This document shows, piece by piece, positions 21,552-30,957 of a stretch of 64,000 nucleotides of DNA; position 1 is the first letter of the stretch; every line of letters begins with the position of its first letter. The DNA is from Nitrospira sp. (GTDB lineage Bacteria; Nitrospirota; Nitrospiria; Nitrospirales; Nitrospiraceae), in NCBI GenBank assembly GCA_047150005.1, contig AP038806.1, forward strand, positions 1,344,001 through 1,408,000, read 5' to 3'. The translations under genes were made by a program, and so were the position numbers. Below the pieces are notes generated by a model that saw only the letters and a list, made by a program, of their open reading frames with translations, made no database searches and was not told the origin of the DNA.

Positions 21552-21856
21552 AGAAATCCAAAACCGGTTCGCGCAGACCTGGCCGGCCGACGCATCGCTC
21601 CTCTCACCGCCCCGGTCGCTGCCTGCACATCCTTCGCCAGCTGTCGGCCTACATCGACGACGAGCTCCCCTCCGAGATCTGCCGAGAGCTGCGCCGGCAC
21701 CTCGGAACGTGCCCGAACTGCGAAGTGTTCGTCGCGTCGCTGCGGGAAACCGTAAGACTGTGCTGTCATCGACCGACACCGCATCTCTCGACCTCCGAAC
21801 GAGCGAGGCTGCGTCGCGAGATTCTCCAAGCGTCCCGATCGGGATCTCGAGGGTAG
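21548..21856 (+). CDS. Zinc-finger (zf-HC2/ZAS) anti-sigma factor
   Basis: C..LSAYIDDEL..HLGTCPNC (HxxxCxxC); ATGA overlap with the sigma gene. Confidence 0.88.
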   Translation: MKKSKTGSRRPGRPTHRSSHRPGRCLHILRQLSAYIDDELPSEICRELRRHLGTCPNCEVFVASLRETVRLCCHRPTPHLSTSERARLRREILQASRSGSRG

Positions 21857-22237
21857 ATGATGCCGGTGTGGGGAATCGTGTGGGCCCTCATCGGCCTGCT
21901 CTCTTGGTCAGAGGCCCGGTCCGCGACGCCGGAAGAGTTGGAGCAGGGGCGCGCGATTTATGAGCGCCATTGCGCCGATTGCCACGGAACGGAAGGCCGC
22001 GGCGACGGCAAACTCGCGCCCTCCCTCTCGCCCAGACCTGGCAACTTCGTCTCGGCCCTGATGTCCGCGAAGACGGATCAGGACCTCCTGAAAATCATCG
22101 CCAACGGGCGGCCGCGGACCTCCATGGAGGGCTGGAACAACCGCTTGTCCGAGGAAGAACAACGCGCCGCGCTCGCGTACATCCGCTCGCTGGTCCGATT
22201 TTCACGCTCTTCAGCCACGCCGCCCCCAACCCGCTAG
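21857..22237 (+). CDS. Monoheme class I cytochrome c
   Basis: Signal peptide, CADCHG heme motif, distal Met (TSMEGW). Confidence 0.9.
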   Translation: MMPVWGIVWALIGLLSWSEARSATPEELEQGRAIYERHCADCHGTEGRGDGKLAPSLSPRPGNFVSALMSAKTDQDLLKIIANGRPRTSMEGWNNRLSEEEQRAALAYIRSLVRFSRSSATPPPTR

Positions 22238-22325
22238 CCGACGTTCTGACCTCTTTCGGATCAAGAAATCCACGTGGTAAAGTACGCTCTTTGTCCCATG
22301 GTGCAACCGTAGGAGTCTTCACCAC

Positions 22326-24032
22326 ATGATTCGCCGGCACACGATCGCAGGGAGTTGCGTTGCATTTCTTGGTTCGCTGGTTCTCTCGTGCATGTTCCTG
22401 AACGGACCCTCCGCGTCCTTCGCCGCCTCAAAGGCCACAAAGAAGACGCAAGGCGATGGGACCTCTGCTGCGGTGGCGGTCCAGTTCGCCGAGGCGCTGT
22501 CGCGCGGCGCGGTCGCCGATGCGGTCAAGCTCGACTTTGCCTGCCAGTTTCGATTGGTGACGGCCAAGGGGGGTGCCCTGAAACCCTATCCGATTCCGAC
22601 CGATCCATCCTACGAGGCCTGCTGGAACCAGCTCAAAATCGCGCACGAGCCTGCGCTCACGCACTCGGACGTCGGTATGGACATCCTGTGGCCGAGCAAC
22701 GGTGGACTGGTATTTTTCCGCGAGGAACTCAACCATTATCCGGCGTCTGCCTTCGTCATGGACACCATCGGTCTCTCTCCGCCGGGAAGCGGACTGCATC
22801 TTAAGGTCGTTTCGACAAAGCCCCTGCCGAACGCTTCATTCCCGCTTCGGGACAACGCCCCGCTCGTCTCGGTACCGGCGAATCTGGTGACGGTCGAGGT
22901 TCGCTACCAGGATCCGATCACCTCGCCCGTGACCAAAGCGCCCGGCAGCTACAAGTGGGCCAACACAGTGAAGCCGGCCAGACGCGCCCTCAAGAGCATC
23001 CACACTCAATGGGTCGTGTTGTCGGGACTGAAGAAACACGGCTTTCCCGGGGATGTCGCCGTCGTCAACCTTCTGGTGAAGGATGGAACTCCGGTCGACG
23101 GTATCGCTCAGGAGATCGTCCCCTTCGTGACGGTACGGAGCGGGCCGGTCGCGGGATCGCTCCAGTGGTGGAGCCCGGAGGACATGCCGGGATTGTTGGT
23201 GGCCTCCGCCGCCCGCGCCGCATCGTTTCCGAATCTGCGTGATCGGGTCGCGCTCCTGAACCGAGTGCTCATCATCGATCCCAATCAGGCTGACGCTCTC
23301 ACCGTGTTGACCAGAGACTTGTACAGCGTCGTCCTGCGGCAGGCTGTCGCCTTGCACAATTTGACCGTCAAGGATCCGGCCCTCGCCATGGTGGTCAACG
23401 AGCACTATTGGAACATTTACGCCCAATCGACGCGCATGGACCTCTCACTGGGCATGGAAATGGGCGGCTTCGACAAGCCCACAACGGCCGACTATCTCTA
23501 TCGACTCTTGCCGGCCTTGAAGACCTTGGCGCAGGTACGACCCGAGCAGCTCGACAACCGTTTTCGCTGGGGCGCGGCCCTCAGATGGAACAACGATCAG
23601 GATCTTTCCATCGAAGTCCTCGAAAAACTCGTCAAGGACGTTCCCGCCGAACGGAAGTCCGGCAAAGCCGAAGCACTGCTGCAGCTCGCCTGGGCGCGCG
23701 TGAACAAGGTGGCCTGGAACCGGATCATGGACGATCCCGACGTGCGCGCCGCCTATTTGGACGCGGACCAGGCGTTCGCTCTTGCCGAACTGCCGCTCGA
23801 CAAGTTTATCGCCGAATACACCAAAGCCTATAGTCTCCTGTTCAGCCCGACCAGGGACAATCGTGAGATGCTCGCACTCCTGACGGAAGCGAGAAAATGG
23901 TTCGTCGAGGTGCCGGGCCAGACTCAGGAGATTTGGAATTTCTTCATCGGCGCGGAATCCCTCAAGTCGGTGCTCGATGCGGACCCGGTCTTCCAGCCCC
24001 TCTTGGCGTCTGAAGATCCGAAGCACGGATAG
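22326..24032 (+). CDS. Exported hypothetical protein with TPR-like C-terminal half
   Basis: 568-aa ORF, signal peptide, helical repeat-like segments. Confidence 0.75.
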   Translation: MIRRHTIAGSCVAFLGSLVLSCMFLNGPSASFAASKATKKTQGDGTSAAVAVQFAEALSRGAVADAVKLDFACQFRLVTAKGGALKPYPIPTDPSYEACWNQLKIAHEPALTHSDVGMDILWPSNGGLVFFREELNHYPASAFVMDTIGLSPPGSGLHLKVVSTKPLPNASFPLRDNAPLVSVPANLVTVEVRYQDPITSPVTKAPGSYKWANTVKPARRALKSIHTQWVVLSGLKKHGFPGDVAVVNLLVKDGTPVDGIAQEIVPFVTVRSGPVAGSLQWWSPEDMPGLLVASAARAASFPNLRDRVALLNRVLIIDPNQADALTVLTRDLYSVVLRQAVALHNLTVKDPALAMVVNEHYWNIYAQSTRMDLSLGMEMGGFDKPTTADYLYRLLPALKTLAQVRPEQLDNRFRWGAALRWNNDQDLSIEVLEKLVKDVPAERKSGKAEALLQLAWARVNKVAWNRIMDDPDVRAAYLDADQAFALAELPLDKFIAEYTKAYSLLFSPTRDNREMLALLTEARKWFVEVPGQTQEIWNFFIGAESLKSVLDADPVFQPLLASEDPKHG

Positions 24033-24068
24033 CGCCTGTCGCGGTGAGTTTCGCGCGGTTGTTGCCGC

Positions 24069-24782
24069 ATGTTCCGGTTGAGCTCCGACCCAGGTGATCT
24101 CCGGTTCCCGCCCGTGGAGGCGGCGTCATCGCAGGGCCTCCTTGCCGTCGGCGGCGATTTGAGCCCGCAGCGGTTGCTTGCAGCCTACCGGCGCGGCATT
24201 TTCCCCTGGTATCAGGACGACCAGCCGATTCTCTGGTGGTCGCCGGATCCTCGAGCCGTGCTTTTCCCACACAAGCTCCATATCTCCCGCAGCCTCGCGC
24301 GGACAATCCGCCGCGCCGACTTCACCGTGACCCTCGACACCTGTTTTCGCCGAGTCATGACTCACTGCGCGGGTCCCAGGCCGCAGCACCCCGAAGGAGG
24401 CACCTGGATCACTCCGGAGATGCTTGAAGCGTACTCGACGCTCCATGAGATGGGCTACGCCCATTCAATTGAAACATGGCAGCAAGACCAACTGGTCGGC
24501 GGGGTATACGGCATGGCGCTCGGGGGAGCCTTTTTCGCCGAGTCCATGTTTACGAAGGTGGATGACTCATCGAAAGTGGCGCTGGCCTTGCTGGTTCGAC
24601 AACTTCATGCCTGGGGATTCACCCTATTCGATTGTCAGCAATCCTCACCGCATGTCATGCGTTTCGGCGCCGAAGACCTTCCGCGCCGCGAATTCATCAC
24701 ACACTTGACCGCAGCGCTCAAACTTCCAGGCCGTACAGGACGGTGGGAGCTAGAGCAGAGGCCAGAAAACAGGGGCCAATAG
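24069..24782 (+). CDS. aat: Leucyl/phenylalanyl-tRNA--protein transferase
   Basis: GLLAVGGDLS, AYRRGIFPW, WWSPDPR, TWIT, AHSIE, ESMF, DCQ. Confidence 0.96.
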   Translation: MFRLSSDPGDLRFPPVEAASSQGLLAVGGDLSPQRLLAAYRRGIFPWYQDDQPILWWSPDPRAVLFPHKLHISRSLARTIRRADFTVTLDTCFRRVMTHCAGPRPQHPEGGTWITPEMLEAYSTLHEMGYAHSIETWQQDQLVGGVYGMALGGAFFAESMFTKVDDSSKVALALLVRQLHAWGFTLFDCQQSSPHVMRFGAEDLPRREFITHLTAALKLPGRTGRWELEQRPENRGQ

Positions 24783-24827
24783 GGTTAGGACAACCACCGT
24801 AGCAACGGCCGAAACGTGGTGAGGCAC
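24750..24827 (-). CDS. Putative 25-aa hydrophobic peptide
   Basis: AAGGAAGG RBS, then GTG-PHHVSAVATVVVLTLLAPVFWPLL-TAG; RBS and start lie in a hairpin. Confidence 0.35.
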   Translation of the reverse strand: MPHHVSAVATVVVLTLLAPVFWPLL

Positions 24828-24910
24828 TATGCCTTCCTTACCACTTAAGACCACCACCTGATACCAGATTGGCGAGGACGGACGAGCGGGCCAGCGACAG
24901 GCCCCGCAAT

Positions 24911-26278
24911 CTATCCTTTCCCCATCTTGGCCACCTCGGCAAAATAATGCGCGAAGGCTTTCATCCCGCCCGACGCCTGACCCCAATCGAAGTATTCATT
25001 CGGCGCGTGGTAGCCGTGCTCAGGCAGACTGAGGCCCAAAAATAGAATCGGCACCTTCCACATCTTCTGCATCGTGACCACCGCACCGATCGAGCCACCC
25101 TCCCGGATAAAGGCCGGCTCTTTGCCGAACCCGGCCTTCGCGGCCCGCTTCACGCATTCCACGTAGGTGCCGTCGAAGCTGCCCTTGAACGGGTGCAGCA
25201 TCCCTTCCGGCTCCACGCGGACGTTCGGATTGAGCTTCCGCACGTACGCCTTGAGCAATGCGAAGATCTTTTCCGGAGTCTGGTTCGGCACGAGCCTCAT
25301 GCTGACTTTCAGTTCGCCATGGCCGGGCACGATGGTCTTCACACCGGGGCCGTGATACCCGCCGGTCAAACCATGCACCTCGAACGTCGGCGCCGCCCAG
25401 ATGCGGCGGGTCACTTCCGCGGGAACCTCCGTCCGCAGCGAGTGAAATCCATAGGCCTCCTTGAACCGCTTGACCGCGAATCCCGACTTCAAGAAGCTGG
25501 CAATCTCAGCCTTGGTCGGAGCGGTCACCTCTTTGTAGAATCCGGGAATCTTGACCTCCCCGGTCTTCGCGTTCACGCAAGCCATGGCCACATCCATCAG
25601 TTCGGCCAGAGGGTTTCTGGCCGCCCCTCCCGTCACGCCGGAATGGGCGTCCTTGCTGCCGGTGCGGAGCGACAATCTGGCTCCGATCAAGCCACGCAAC
25701 CCATAAGGCATGGCCGGCCGCCCTTTCGCAATCCAGATCGTGTCGGATACGATCACCGAATCGGGACACGGAACCCTCGCTCGGTCTTTCAGCCCCGCGG
25801 CAAAATGCGGACTCCCGATTTCTTCCTCCAGCTCCCAGAGGAACCGGATATTGATCGGTACGCCCTGCTCCACCGCCAATCGGGCTCCAAAGAGGGCGGA
25901 AAGTGCCGGTCCTTTGTCGTCCGTCGCACCCCGACCCCAATAGATGCCGTTTTCGTTCGCGAAGGCGAACGGGTCTCTCGTCCACTCCGCTTCCTGCGCC
26001 GGCTGGACGTCCATGTGGTTGTAGATCGTCACGGTGGGATGATGTGACCCGGTCATCCAGCCGCCCGATACGATCGGATAGCCGCCGGTTTCCACAATCC
26101 GAGCCTCCGCATCCAATCCCCTCAGCACATCGACGGCCATGGTCGCCATGCGTCGGATGTCGCCGGCGCGCGCCGGATCCATGCTGATCGACGGGATCTC
26201 GACCATCTGCCCGAGCAGGTCTTCAAATCGCGTGCGGCAGTCCGGCACATATTTCTCGAGAACGGCATTCAGGCTCAT
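24911..26278 (-). CDS. M20 family metallopeptidase/dipeptidase
   Basis: YNHMDVQP, GRGATDDKG, EEEIGS, HSG, GGSI, HAPNE. Confidence 0.92.
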   Translation of the reverse strand: MSLNAVLEKYVPDCRTRFEDLLGQMVEIPSISMDPARAGDIRRMATMAVDVLRGLDAEARIVETGGYPIVSGGWMTGSHHPTVTIYNHMDVQPAQEAEWTRDPFAFANENGIYWGRGATDDKGPALSALFGARLAVEQGVPINIRFLWELEEEIGSPHFAAGLKDRARVPCPDSVIVSDTIWIAKGRPAMPYGLRGLIGARLSLRTGSKDAHSGVTGGAARNPLAELMDVAMACVNAKTGEVKIPGFYKEVTAPTKAEIASFLKSGFAVKRFKEAYGFHSLRTEVPAEVTRRIWAAPTFEVHGLTGGYHGPGVKTIVPGHGELKVSMRLVPNQTPEKIFALLKAYVRKLNPNVRVEPEGMLHPFKGSFDGTYVECVKRAAKAGFGKEPAFIREGGSIGAVVTMQKMWKVPILFLGLSLPEHGYHAPNEYFDWGQASGGMKAFAHYFAEVAKMGKG

Positions 26279-26383
26279 GAGCAGGTCCTCCACAAGATCG
26301 TCGCGGATTATAGCGGCTGTCCGGCTCGGACGAAAGAGAACGGCCGCGGCTCCGGCGTTCGCGGCATGCTAGAATGACGCGCG

Positions 26384-26848
26384 ATGAGACGCCCCTCGCA
26401 GGTTTTCGTGTTGCCGTTCGTCGCGGCATGCCTCTGCATCTCTCTCCGGTTCCCCGCGCCGGCTGCGGGGGATCCGCTCAGCGTGAGCGAGATCTTGGAG
26501 GAACCGCGCGTCTTTCACCTCAAGCAAGTGGTGTTGCAGGGTACGGTCAGAAATGTGCAGCCGCTCGATCCGTACAAATTGCCGGCTGGCACGACTTGCT
26601 ATGGAGCCTATCTGTTCCATTTGGAGGACGACACGGCATCCATCGGCGTCGCAGTGTTCGGCCAGTGCGGTGTGCCGATCGTGAAGGATCCGGACGTGGA
26701 GAACGGAGCACGGATCGAACTTCGCGCGACGATCCAGGCTCCGAGCCACGGCGGATACTATCTCAGTTTCCAAGGTCTTAAGGTGGCGGGGGAGCGGGAG
26801 GGCGTGGTGCAGGCCGTTGCCGACCAGATCACTCCGCTGAGCGAGTGA
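26384..26848 (+). CDS. Exported hypothetical protein (OB-fold-like)
   Basis: Signal peptide; VSEILEEP..VVLQGTV..LEDDTASI pattern. Confidence 0.7.
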   Translation: MRRPSQVFVLPFVAACLCISLRFPAPAAGDPLSVSEILEEPRVFHLKQVVLQGTVRNVQPLDPYKLPAGTTCYGAYLFHLEDDTASIGVAVFGQCGVPIVKDPDVENGARIELRATIQAPSHGGYYLSFQGLKVAGEREGVVQAVADQITPLSE

Positions 26849-26851
26849 CCG

Positions 26852-27643
26852 ATGCCACGCCGACCCATCCCATCGTACGCTCTACTCGGCTTCCTCTGCT
26901 TCTTGGCAGCCTGCAGCAGTAGCCGAGGCCTCCCGGTCGAGCCGCTGCAAGAGATTCTTCGTGAGGAGGCCGGTCGATTCGAAACTCCATCGGCCGCGCC
27001 GCCGGCGCCGTCGTTTCACATCCGGACCGAGTCCCCGGCCCTGGGGCTCTACCTCAAACGGGCTGGAATTCTACCGCACGATTTCCAATGGACGGATCGG
27101 AATCGGGACCACGTATTGGCCTGGGCAAAGGTCTTGGTAGAGAACGGAGATCTGAAGGGCGCTCAGTACATCCCTCGATCGTCGTTGAAAGGATTTCAGC
27201 TGGTCCAGCTCCGTGATTCGGCCGCGCGATACGGAGCCGATCTATTGTTGGTCCTCGATGGGGCCGGGGCGGTTGATCGTTACAACAACTACAAGGCGTC
27301 ATGGCTGTACTGGACCATCCTCGGCGCCTACTTTGCAGATGGAACTTACAGTGACGCGCTGTGCCTGGTGCGAGGCTCTCTGTGGGACGTCAAGAGTGGC
27401 TCCCTCCTCTTCGAAGCGGAAGCGCAGGGCCGCGCCCATACGGTCGGGCCCGCCGCGTTATTGGACGATGAGGAGGCGGTCGAGCAAGCGAAAACGAAAG
27501 CACTGGAGGATTTGGAGCGCAAGGTGACGGAAGGACTCAACCGCATCCGGAAGCCTCCAGGGGCGGACCGGTCCGTCATCGAGAATCAAAGCTCCAGAGC
27601 GCTGAAAAGAACAGGAGGTTCTGAGATGGGGTCAGTCCGATGA
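26852..27643 (+). CDS. Hypothetical lipoprotein
   Basis: Lipobox FLAA-C; AARYGADLLLV and LWDVKSG motifs of CsgG/TolB-N-like lipoproteins. Confidence 0.75.
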   Translation: MPRRPIPSYALLGFLCFLAACSSSRGLPVEPLQEILREEAGRFETPSAAPPAPSFHIRTESPALGLYLKRAGILPHDFQWTDRNRDHVLAWAKVLVENGDLKGAQYIPRSSLKGFQLVQLRDSAARYGADLLLVLDGAGAVDRYNNYKASWLYWTILGAYFADGTYSDALCLVRGSLWDVKSGSLLFEAEAQGRAHTVGPAALLDDEEAVEQAKTKALEDLERKVTEGLNRIRKPPGADRSVIENQSSRALKRTGGSEMGSVR

Positions 27644-28817
27644 CGCCGGGAGCGATCTGCCCCCCTGTGTAGAATCCTCCTTGCGGTCCTGTGGAATTGT
27701 CGAACCGGTATTCGAGACGAAAGATCGTGGTCGTCCAGGCGTACTCCCATTTATACTCCAAGGTGGTCGTGACGGCCTTGATGAACTGTTTCGCGCCCGT
27801 TAAAATCCCGTTCGGGTCATAGTACAGTTCAGGTCGCACTGCGACCGCCCAGAGCCGCGCCATCTGCCAACGGGTCCAGATCGCGCCTCCCGTCCACAAC
27901 TCCTGTTCTTCTCCCGCCTCCGGGATCGCGCGTTCGGTGCCGATGTCGTAGGCCATCGCGATCGTGACATCGCCGCGTTTCCATTCCAGAATGCTATCCG
28001 AGAAGAAGCGCCAATATTTGAGCTGCGTATTCGACTGATCCGGTCCGTAGTAGAGGTTTTGGGTGAAGGTCAGCTCCGGCGAAGCCGCCCAACTGACCTG
28101 CGTACCATAACCGGGAAGGTTGTTGGGGTATGAGAGGAAGTTGTATCGGTTGATGATGTAGAACGCGGTCTTGACCGTTTCGCTGAACCGGTACTGGGCG
28201 GAGGCTCCGAACATGAAATAGGGCGCATAATCCGATACGTAGGCTCTCGTATAATTGAAGTTGTTCTTGGCATAGAACGATTCGTAGCCGATAAAGCTGT
28301 TGAACAACCCCGCCGTGAGCGTGAGACCCGTTCCAATCGGCGCGAGATAAGACACGTTGGCACGGGAAAAGTGACTGAAGGTATCCGCGGGCTCATAGGG
28401 GTCTCCGAACCGGTTGCTGGCATTGGGAACCTCCCCGTCCACATCGCGCCCCGTTTGAAGGGCGAATTCCATTCCCCAACGGGATGACTCGTTCGCGTCT
28501 TTCCTGACATAGGCCAGCGCCATGTTGAGGTTCGGATCATTGACTCGCTGCGTCGTAACCTTGCTGCGCCACTGATGATTCTCGGGGAAGTTGAAATCGA
28601 TTGCATAGCTCAGATCAAGATAGAGACCGTAGCGCCACAGCGATCTCGGTTTTTCGTCGTTTTGAGCGGCGTCGGATTCTGCCTGTGTGACCAGAACAGC
28701 CGGAACCTGCGCCGCGCCTGCCGGCAGGGCACCAGCCGGCCAGGCTGAAACAAGCATCACGGTGAAGCACGTGCCGATTTTCAGGAGATCGACGGTCGTT
28801 CCCGCCCGCACGATCAC
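27576..28817 (-). CDS. Outer-membrane beta-barrel porin (BBP2/OmpL-like), paralog 1
   Basis: Signal peptide, amphipathic strands, GLFNSFIGYES..NFNYTR motif; similar to 29004-30215. Confidence 0.8.
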   Translation of the reverse strand: MIVRAGTTVDLLKIGTCFTVMLVSAWPAGALPAGAAQVPAVLVTQAESDAAQNDEKPRSLWRYGLYLDLSYAIDFNFPENHQWRSKVTTQRVNDPNLNMALAYVRKDANESSRWGMEFALQTGRDVDGEVPNASNRFGDPYEPADTFSHFSRANVSYLAPIGTGLTLTAGLFNSFIGYESFYAKNNFNYTRAYVSDYAPYFMFGASAQYRFSETVKTAFYIINRYNFLSYPNNLPGYGTQVSWAASPELTFTQNLYYGPDQSNTQLKYWRFFSDSILEWKRGDVTIAMAYDIGTERAIPEAGEEQELWTGGAIWTRWQMARLWAVAVRPELYYDPNGILTGAKQFIKAVTTTLEYKWEYAWTTTIFRLEYRFDNSTGPQGGFYTGGQIAPGVIGLTPSQNLLFFSALWSFDSR

Positions 28818-28905
28818 ACCGGTTCACGCCGACGGCTGAGACCATCCGCTGAAGACAGAAAGCTCCTCCGGTCTTGATACCTTCCGAACACGTTTGCTCC
28901 GCCTT

Positions 28906-28922
28906 TTTATCTCATTTTGACG
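28906..28922 (+). promoter_or_regulatory. Candidate KdpE-type direct-repeat box
   Basis: TTTATC-TCATT-TTGACG with half-sites 11 bp apart, like the box upstream of the kdp operon. Confidence 0.4.
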
Positions 28923-29003
28923 GATAATGCGCTATCGTGTCCGGCGGGAACGGCGGGATGCTTCACTGATTCGGGCCGTACACGAGAAGGAGGAGCCGTT
29001 CGA

Positions 29004-30215
29004 GTGAACTGGACCCTGTTGCGGACGCTTGGTCTGGCCGGCTGGTTGGGCGCCACCATCATTCCGGTTCCCGCATCGGCTGAAGAGGCAACGCCTCGAC
29101 CGTCCTCCGGCAACTTTCCCGTCTCCGACGCGCAGGCAGAATCGCCGGCTAAACCCCTGTCCTCCGACAAGCCTCTGTGGCACTATGGAGGATTCCTCGA
29201 TCTCGGCTATTCGCTCAATTTTAATTTTCCAGCGAATCATTTTTTCCGCGATCGCAGCACGACACCGAAAGTCAACGAGTTCAATCTGAACATGATCGGC
29301 GGATATGTTCGGAAAGATGCGACGGAATCCTCGCGGTGGGGGACGGAGTTGCTTGTGCAAACCGGTGAGGACTCGAAGGCCTTTGGCTTTGCGGTCGGTC
29401 TACCCAAGGTGTCGGATTCGGACGTCTGGCGCCACTTCGGACGAGCGAATGTGTCCTATCTGGCTCCTATCGGGAACGGGCTGACCGTGCAGGCGGGATT
29501 GTTCAACAGCTTTATCGGCTACGAGTCGCTCTATGCCAAGGACAACGGCAACTACACCCGCGCCTGGATCGCGGACTATTCGCCCTACTTGATGTTCGGA
29601 GTGAATGCCCAATACCAGTTCAACGAGCGATGGAGCGGTGCCTTCTTTATCATCAATGATTATTTCCATCTCGAAAATTCGAACAATGTTCCAAGCTACG
29701 GAGGGCAGGTGCAATACAAGCCGGTTCCGGCTTGGACTATCAAAGAAACGATCTATTACGGGCCCGATCAGTCCGACACCGCCATAGAATTTTGGCGTTT
29801 CTTCTCAGACAGCATCATCGAATGGAAAAGAGACCGCGTCACTCTGGCCATTGACTATCAGGTCGGGACCCAGAAAAACGCTTCAGCTCCCGGGAATCCT
29901 CGGGATTTCTACACTGGAGCCACCCTGGAAACACAATGGCGGATTGCCGGCCCCTGGGCGGTCTCGATCAGGCCTGAGTTCTATTGGGACCGAAACGGTC
30001 TGATGACGGGATCCGAGCAATTCATCAAGGCCATCACGACCACGGGAGAGTATCGGATTCCCTACAAGTGGACCAATACGATCTGCCGCCTGGAATACCG
30101 GTACGACGATTCCACCGGACCGGGTGGGGGATTCTTCAAGGGCACGAACAACGTGCTCACGCCGGGGCAGCAGATGCTGATCTTCTCCGTGGTCGGCACA
30201 TTCGATTCGCCCTGA
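29004..30215 (+). CDS. Outer-membrane beta-barrel porin (BBP2/OmpL-like), paralog 2
   Basis: RBS AGGAGG before GTG 29004, signal peptide, RANVSYLAPIG and GLFNSFIGYES shared with paralog 1. Confidence 0.8.
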   Translation: MNWTLLRTLGLAGWLGATIIPVPASAEEATPRPSSGNFPVSDAQAESPAKPLSSDKPLWHYGGFLDLGYSLNFNFPANHFFRDRSTTPKVNEFNLNMIGGYVRKDATESSRWGTELLVQTGEDSKAFGFAVGLPKVSDSDVWRHFGRANVSYLAPIGNGLTVQAGLFNSFIGYESLYAKDNGNYTRAWIADYSPYLMFGVNAQYQFNERWSGAFFIINDYFHLENSNNVPSYGGQVQYKPVPAWTIKETIYYGPDQSDTAIEFWRFFSDSIIEWKRDRVTLAIDYQVGTQKNASAPGNPRDFYTGATLETQWRIAGPWAVSIRPEFYWDRNGLMTGSEQFIKAITTTGEYRIPYKWTNTICRLEYRYDDSTGPGGGFFKGTNNVLTPGQQMLIFSVVGTFDSP

Positions 30216-30220
30216 ATGTC

Positions 30221-30916
30221 TCAGTCGGTCCTCAGCCGGTAACCGACTCCCAACTCCGTGACCAGGTGTTTCGGATGCGCCGGATTGACCTCCACCTTGT
30301 TCCGGAGCTGGCGCATATACACTCGGAGGTAGTGGGATTCCTCGACATGCAACGGACCCCACACCTCTTTGAGCAACTGGCGATGGGTCAGGACCTTTCC
30401 GGCATGCCGGACAAGAGCCGTGAGCAGCTTGTATTCGATCGGGGTGAGACGAATTTCTCTCCCCGACACGAACACCTGCCTCCGCCCGAGATCAACTCGC
30501 AATCCCTCGACCGAGAACACCGATTCGCCGGCCTCGGCGACACGAGCGACATGCCTCAAAGCGGTGCGCATCCGAGCCAGAAGCTCGTGAACCCCGAACG
30601 GCTTGGTCACATAGTCATCGGCGCCCTGGTCGAGGGCCCCGACTTTCATCTGCTCCTGCTCCCGGGCCGACAGCACGATGATCGGCGTGGCCGTCCACTC
30701 CCGCACCTGTCGAATCACTTCGGTTCCGTCAAGATCCGGCAGACCGAGATCGAGCAAGATCAGATCCGGGTTTCGCGCCTTGGCCTCAGTGAGGCCCTCC
30801 TGTCCCGTCGTCGCTTCTATCAATCGAAAGCCGTGTGCGGGCAACGTGGTGCGCAGAAATCGCCGGATCTCCGGTTCGTCCTCTATGACAAGCACGGTGG
30901 CTTCTTGTCCGGACAT
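30221..30916 (-). CDS. kdpE: Response regulator KdpE
   Basis: VLVIEDE, LDLGLPD, GADDYVTKPF, winged helix LTHRQLLKEVWG..YLRVYMRQLR. Confidence 0.95.
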   Translation of the reverse strand: MSGQEATVLVIEDEPEIRRFLRTTLPAHGFRLIEATTGQEGLTEAKARNPDLILLDLGLPDLDGTEVIRQVREWTATPIIVLSAREQEQMKVGALDQGADDYVTKPFGVHELLARMRTALRHVARVAEAGESVFSVEGLRVDLGRRQVFVSGREIRLTPIEYKLLTALVRHAGKVLTHRQLLKEVWGPLHVEESHYLRVYMRQLRNKVEVNPAHPKHLVTELGVGYRLRTD

Positions 30917-30957
30917 CACGGGGATTGCCTCTCGGTGATCATGGTGTTCAGGATCGA

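Noticed and set aside
24772..24906. tmRNA, SRP RNA, 6S RNA or hammerhead ribozyme
   Set aside because: Lacks the tRNA-like 3' end, the SRP domain IV motif, a long 6S hairpin and the CUGANGA core; kept only as an unknown structured element.
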